A DNA stretch of 63,784 bases, filler included, from Folioceros fuciformis (lineage: Eukaryota): assembly GCA_049999805.1 (NCBI GenBank). It is 10 parts of 10 records of this genome, joined end to end, with 100 filler letters (N's around TTAATTAATTAA, not from the genome) between each part and the next. Parts side by side here need not be neighbours in the genome. Positions count along the whole stretch, not along the records: positions 57,827 to 61,724 come from JBNGIO010001081.1; positions 61,825 to 63,784 come from JBNGIO010001085.1; 8 more parts are not named here. One strand, 5' to 3'. The notes under the pieces were generated by a model that ran no database searches, was not told the DNA's origin, and saw only the letters and a program-made list of their open reading frames with translations. The position numbers were made by a program, and so were the translations under genes. Positions 59,826 through 63,784 of the stretch are shown in pieces (the stretch's first letter is position 1; every line of letters begins with the position of its first letter).

Positions 59826-61724
59826 TGACCAAGCTTCATGCAACTCATCAAGAAAACCTTGACCTACAGTTGAAGGTAGGGGCGATGGAGGCTGAACGGG
59901 ATATCTACAAGAGTAGATGCGAGGGTGGGGATTGGGTTGTTGACATGGATACCATAGATCTAGCTCAACAGAATCGCAACCTCCACCTACACCAACGTCT
60001 ACTCGCTCATCACAAGGAACTGGCAGCATTGGCAAGGCGAAGGTATCTTGGGCCACATGATGACGATCGTGAGGCCCTGGAGATAGTGCCCCTACCAACA
60101 GACTTTCAAGAGGACAGCAGTATGGACCTGGAGAGCTCGCAATGGGAACCTGAGGAGCTGCTATGGGCTAGGAAGAGCACGCAACAAGGGGTACCTACTC
60201 CCGTAGGGAACCTACCTACGAGAGGAGGGGTAGGGAACTGTGGAGTGATTTCTTGCACCCAAGAACCACCAAAGGACCACACATCCCCTTATTATCGTTG
60301 CAGTACTATGATTCGCTCCCAAGGGAGTGAACTAGTGTCAAGGTTTTCTACAATCTTCCCACACTGCCCTAATCTAACCCTATGTATCAGCCGGCTCCTA
60401 GCCCTAGCCTCACTATAGCAAAAAAAAATCAGAATCCTTAGCCATGTCTTCAACGCCAACCACAGCTCCAGTTGAATGAGAACTCCAACATCATCTTCAG
60501 CTCCCACCTACAGCTCCAAGTATCAGCCACCTCAGCAACTGGGAGGAGGTCCCAGCCCTAGCCTTGGCCTCCACTCTCAGCCCTAAATGCTAGCCACCTC
60601 AACAGCTGATTGAGAACTTTAGCACCTAAGCTCCTCACCTCAACACACCAACTCCACACTCCAGCACTTCAAATCTCTACTCCAGCACTTCAGCTTTTCA
60701 ACCCTTCATCCCTTCACCCTCACGGTTCACTTTGATTTTGGAACACAACAACCCCTCACTTGCAGTCCGTGAGGCAGGGATGTGCAGACCCAGGCTGCAT
60801 AGCCTCCTTGGCTCATAGCCCTTGCGGATTTGGCCACCTAGATCTCAGCAATTTTGGGAGCCGCCATGTTCCCCTAGTGGCATGGGGAATCAAGGCCAAG
60901 TTGTATCTGCACACTGGATTAACCCTCTAACCCAGCAGCCTGCACACAAGGTCAAGGGAGCTCTTACCAAAAAAAACCTCCCCCTAAATAACAGGCTTGG
61001 CCTCTTATACTCCCTTGGCCCGGAACCCCTATCACTGTCTGCTGAAAATGCCTCATCCAGAAAATCATCTTCTTGGTCCTGAACCACCTTCTTCGTTTTT
61101 AGCCTAGATAGAAAATCAGCATTCACATGCCTGCGCCCTTCCCTTGTTTCCACGGTGAATGTGAACTTCTGCAAGAGCAAGATCCAGTGAGCTATGCAGC
61201 CCGATAGGTCTGCCTTGTTGACCAGGTGCTTGAGAGCAAAATGATCAACATGGAAGACAAACTCATAGGAGAGGAGGTAGTGGCGAAATTTACGACAAGA
61301 GTAGACCATGCCAAGTGCCTCCCTCTCGGTTGTGGGGTACTTGTGTTCAGCCTCCGTAAGTTGACGTCCAGCATAGTAGATTGGGTAGTCCCTCCCCTTC
61401 TCATCCCGCTAGCTAAGGACTGTCCCAATGGCAAAGGTTGAAACATCCACGTACACATGGAATTTCTTGTTCCAATCAGGCCCCTTGAGTGTTGGTGCTG
61501 TCACAAGAGTGGTCCTCAAGTCTTGAAACGCAGCCTCCCTCGCCGCTGTCCACTCCCAAGATTGCTCCTTCCTCAATAGGCCCGTCAAAGGGGCAGCCCG
61601 TCTAGCAAAATTTGGCACGAACCGGCGGTAGTATCCCACCATCCCAAGGAATCCACGCAGCTCCTTGAGTGTGGCTGGTGACAAGTGTCGAGTACGCGCG
61701 GAAGGCCGATAGGCGTAGGCAAGA
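59826..61724 (-). mobile_element. Decayed Ty3/Gypsy RT-RNase H region and associated sequence
   Basis: LRGFLGMVGYYRRFVPNFA, FHVYVDVSTFAIGTVL, FRHYLL...DHFALKHL, HVNADFLSR (60890-61684). Confidence 0.85.
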
Positions 61725-61824
61725 NNNNNNNNNNNNNNNNNNNNNNNNNNNNNNNNNNNNNNNNNNNNTTAATTAATTAANNNNNNNNNNNNNNNNNNNN
61801 NNNNNNNNNNNNNNNNNNNNNNNN
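61725..61824. other. Artificial contig-joining linker
   Basis: N44-TTAATTAATTAA-N44. Confidence 0.98.
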
Positions 61825-63784
61825 AAGAGAGAATACTAGCCTCGTCAAAAGTGACAGTTCGAGCATAAACATGTGTCCGAGTAGCTACGTCAATCAACTT
61901 GTACGCCTTGCGATCTTCACCATAACCCACAAACACCAGCTTCCGTGCTCGGGAAGAAAGCTTATCACGGAGCTAGGAGGGGACATAGGCATAAGCAGGA
62001 GAGCCAAAGACGCGGAAATGGGTGATCAAAGGCTTGTACCCATGCCAGCACTCAAAAGGAGTATGGCCAACAACGGATTTGGTCAATAACCTGTTCTTGA
62101 TGTAGGCTGCAGTAGAGACTGCCTCAGCCCAAAAAAGACTTAGGAAGCAAGATTGGGCTAACATAGCCCGCGCCATGGCCATAAGATTGTCATTGGCCTT
62201 CTCAGCAATGCCATTCTGAGCAAAAGTGTAGGGAACATTGAATTGTCTCAAGATCCCACATGCCTCACAGTAGTCTTCGAACTGATGGTTGTTGAGTTCT
62301 CCTACATTATCGGATCTGATGCACCGCAGCTTGCAGCCAGTGTGCAACTCAGCCATAGAAACAAAAGGTGAGAACACAGCAAAGGAGTCACTCTTGAGAC
62401 GAAGCGGGTACGCAAAGGAGTAGCGGGAATAATCATCCACTATCATCATAAAATGGTGTGCTCCGCCTAAAGGAGTAATAGGGAGAGGTCCACACAAGAC
62501 TACGTGAACTACCTCCAAAGGCTGAAGAGCTCTATGAGCAAAAAGACTTGAGTAGGGAGAGCTCAGCTGCTTGGCAAGGACACATGCTTCACAAAGAGGT
62601 GGTGTCTTGGCCAAGGAGGGCAACTTATCTCGATATAAGTCCTGCTGAGTCATGGCAAGGAGCTTGGCAGGATTGAGGTGCCCAAGTCGACAGCTCCAGA
62701 GTAGGGCATTCCCAGATGGAGGGAGCACTGGTGGTAGGCAACCTTAGTAGTTGCTACCACTCCAGCAAGTGAAGTGTACACAGGGGTGCCAGTGAAGATG
62801 TAGAGATCACTTCGGGGCTGCCCTATGGCTACAACTTGCTTTGGCTGAGAGGAATGATAGAGGAAACAATCCTCACGTCCAAACTCCAGCCAAAAAGCTC
62901 CATCAAGCAGAAGTTGGCGAACGGAAATCAAATTCTTAGCCATCTATGGGATGTGGAGCACACTATGTAGCATAAGGGAGGAACCATCCTCCAGTGTGGA
63001 TGTCACGGAACCAACTCCAGCAATAGCAAGGCCAGAGTCATCGCCCAACAGAACAAAGCATTGAGTATTAGTTGTTGCCGTGTAGGTAGTAAACATGTGC
63101 TTGGAACTGTAGATATGGGCAGTGGCTACGGAGTCCAACAACCAGGAAGTTTTGAACTCTGAAGCTACCAAGCACATGATTAAAGCAACCTCAGACTTGG
63201 ACTGGGGCTTGGCCTTGGAAAAGACAGCTGTATTGGCTGTCTTCATCTCACGCTTGGCCTCACCGGCTTGCTTCTTCCTACACTCCCGCTCCCAATGGCC
63301 GGGTGACTGACACCAATTGCACGTCCCTTGGCGTTTTGCAGGCTTAGAGGAGGAAGAGGCAGACGGAGCAGCCTTTGATGTGCCAAAGTTGTTGTTTCTC
63401 CGGGGGTTAGTCCCTCTCTTTTGTTGTTGATTTTGTGACCGTCCTTGAGTCACAAACATCACTTGCTCTCCACCGTGTTTAGATGTGCCAGAGTTGAAGC
63501 AAGATGCCTCCTCCTGAAGGAGCCTGCCAGCAAGCTCGAACACAGTTAGGGTGGATTGTCCACCAGCCGCCAGTGCTCGTTGTGAAGTCCAGACCGACTA
63601 GTTTTGGGAAGAGACGAACAACCAATAACTAGCTAGAAGGCTAGCCAACACCTTGACAGCAGCATCAAATTCAAACATTGTAGTCCCCAGTGCAACCGAT
63701 TGTGCCCATAGATACCTGAAACGGCTTACGTGATGAGCAATACTATCACCTTGTTGCATCCGAAGAGTGTAGAACTCTTGTCGA
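61825..63784 (-). mobile_element. Decayed Ty1/Copia gag-protease-integrase
   Basis: CNWCQSPGHWEREC knuckle, WLLDSVATAH protease, RLGH...CEAC pre-integrase, VDDYSRYS / IRSDN / QNGIAE integrase; stop at 62944 and frameshift near 62728. Confidence 0.92.

Noticed and set aside
4630-61824. Nine identical TTAATTAATTAA palindromes flanked by Ns as a biological repeat
   Set aside because: Artificial six-frame-stop contig linkers; ORFs crossing them and cross-linker gene neighbourhoods are not real.

Overview
Eukaryotic nuclear DNA from a gene-dense plant genome with short (~80-130 nt) introns; gene content suggests a non-seed land plant (hornwort/lycophyte/fern/bryophyte type; inference only). The window is ten unrelated contigs joined by nine artificial 100-nt N44-TTAATTAATTAA-N44 linkers, so adjacency is meaningful only within a contig. 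Host genes: extensin-like secreted protein (partial), OSB/PDF-motif protein (partial), G6PD4-like inactive glucose-6-phosphate dehydrogenase, PEX22, CBS-domain protein, LRR receptor kinase, BOD1/Shg1-like protein, PLS-E PPR protein, RPL37, F-box protein, Hsp70-like/RING protein, pseudogenised P5B-type ATPase, Gnk2/DUF26 protein, cytochrome b561 (partial). The rest is decayed Harbinger, MULE, CRE-like non-LTR, Gypsy and Copia elements. Most notable: (1) an exon at 52.1-52.4 kb that reads like the small (p10) subunit of a true animal-type caspase, including the P1-Asp-binding S-x-R motif, which plants are thought to lack; (2) a spliced gene fusing an OSB-type PDF ssDNA-binding motif to a PLS-class PPR array; (3) an intronless degenerate HSPA12-like Hsp70 fused to a coiled coil and RING finger. 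All family assignments come from manual motif reading, not database searches.
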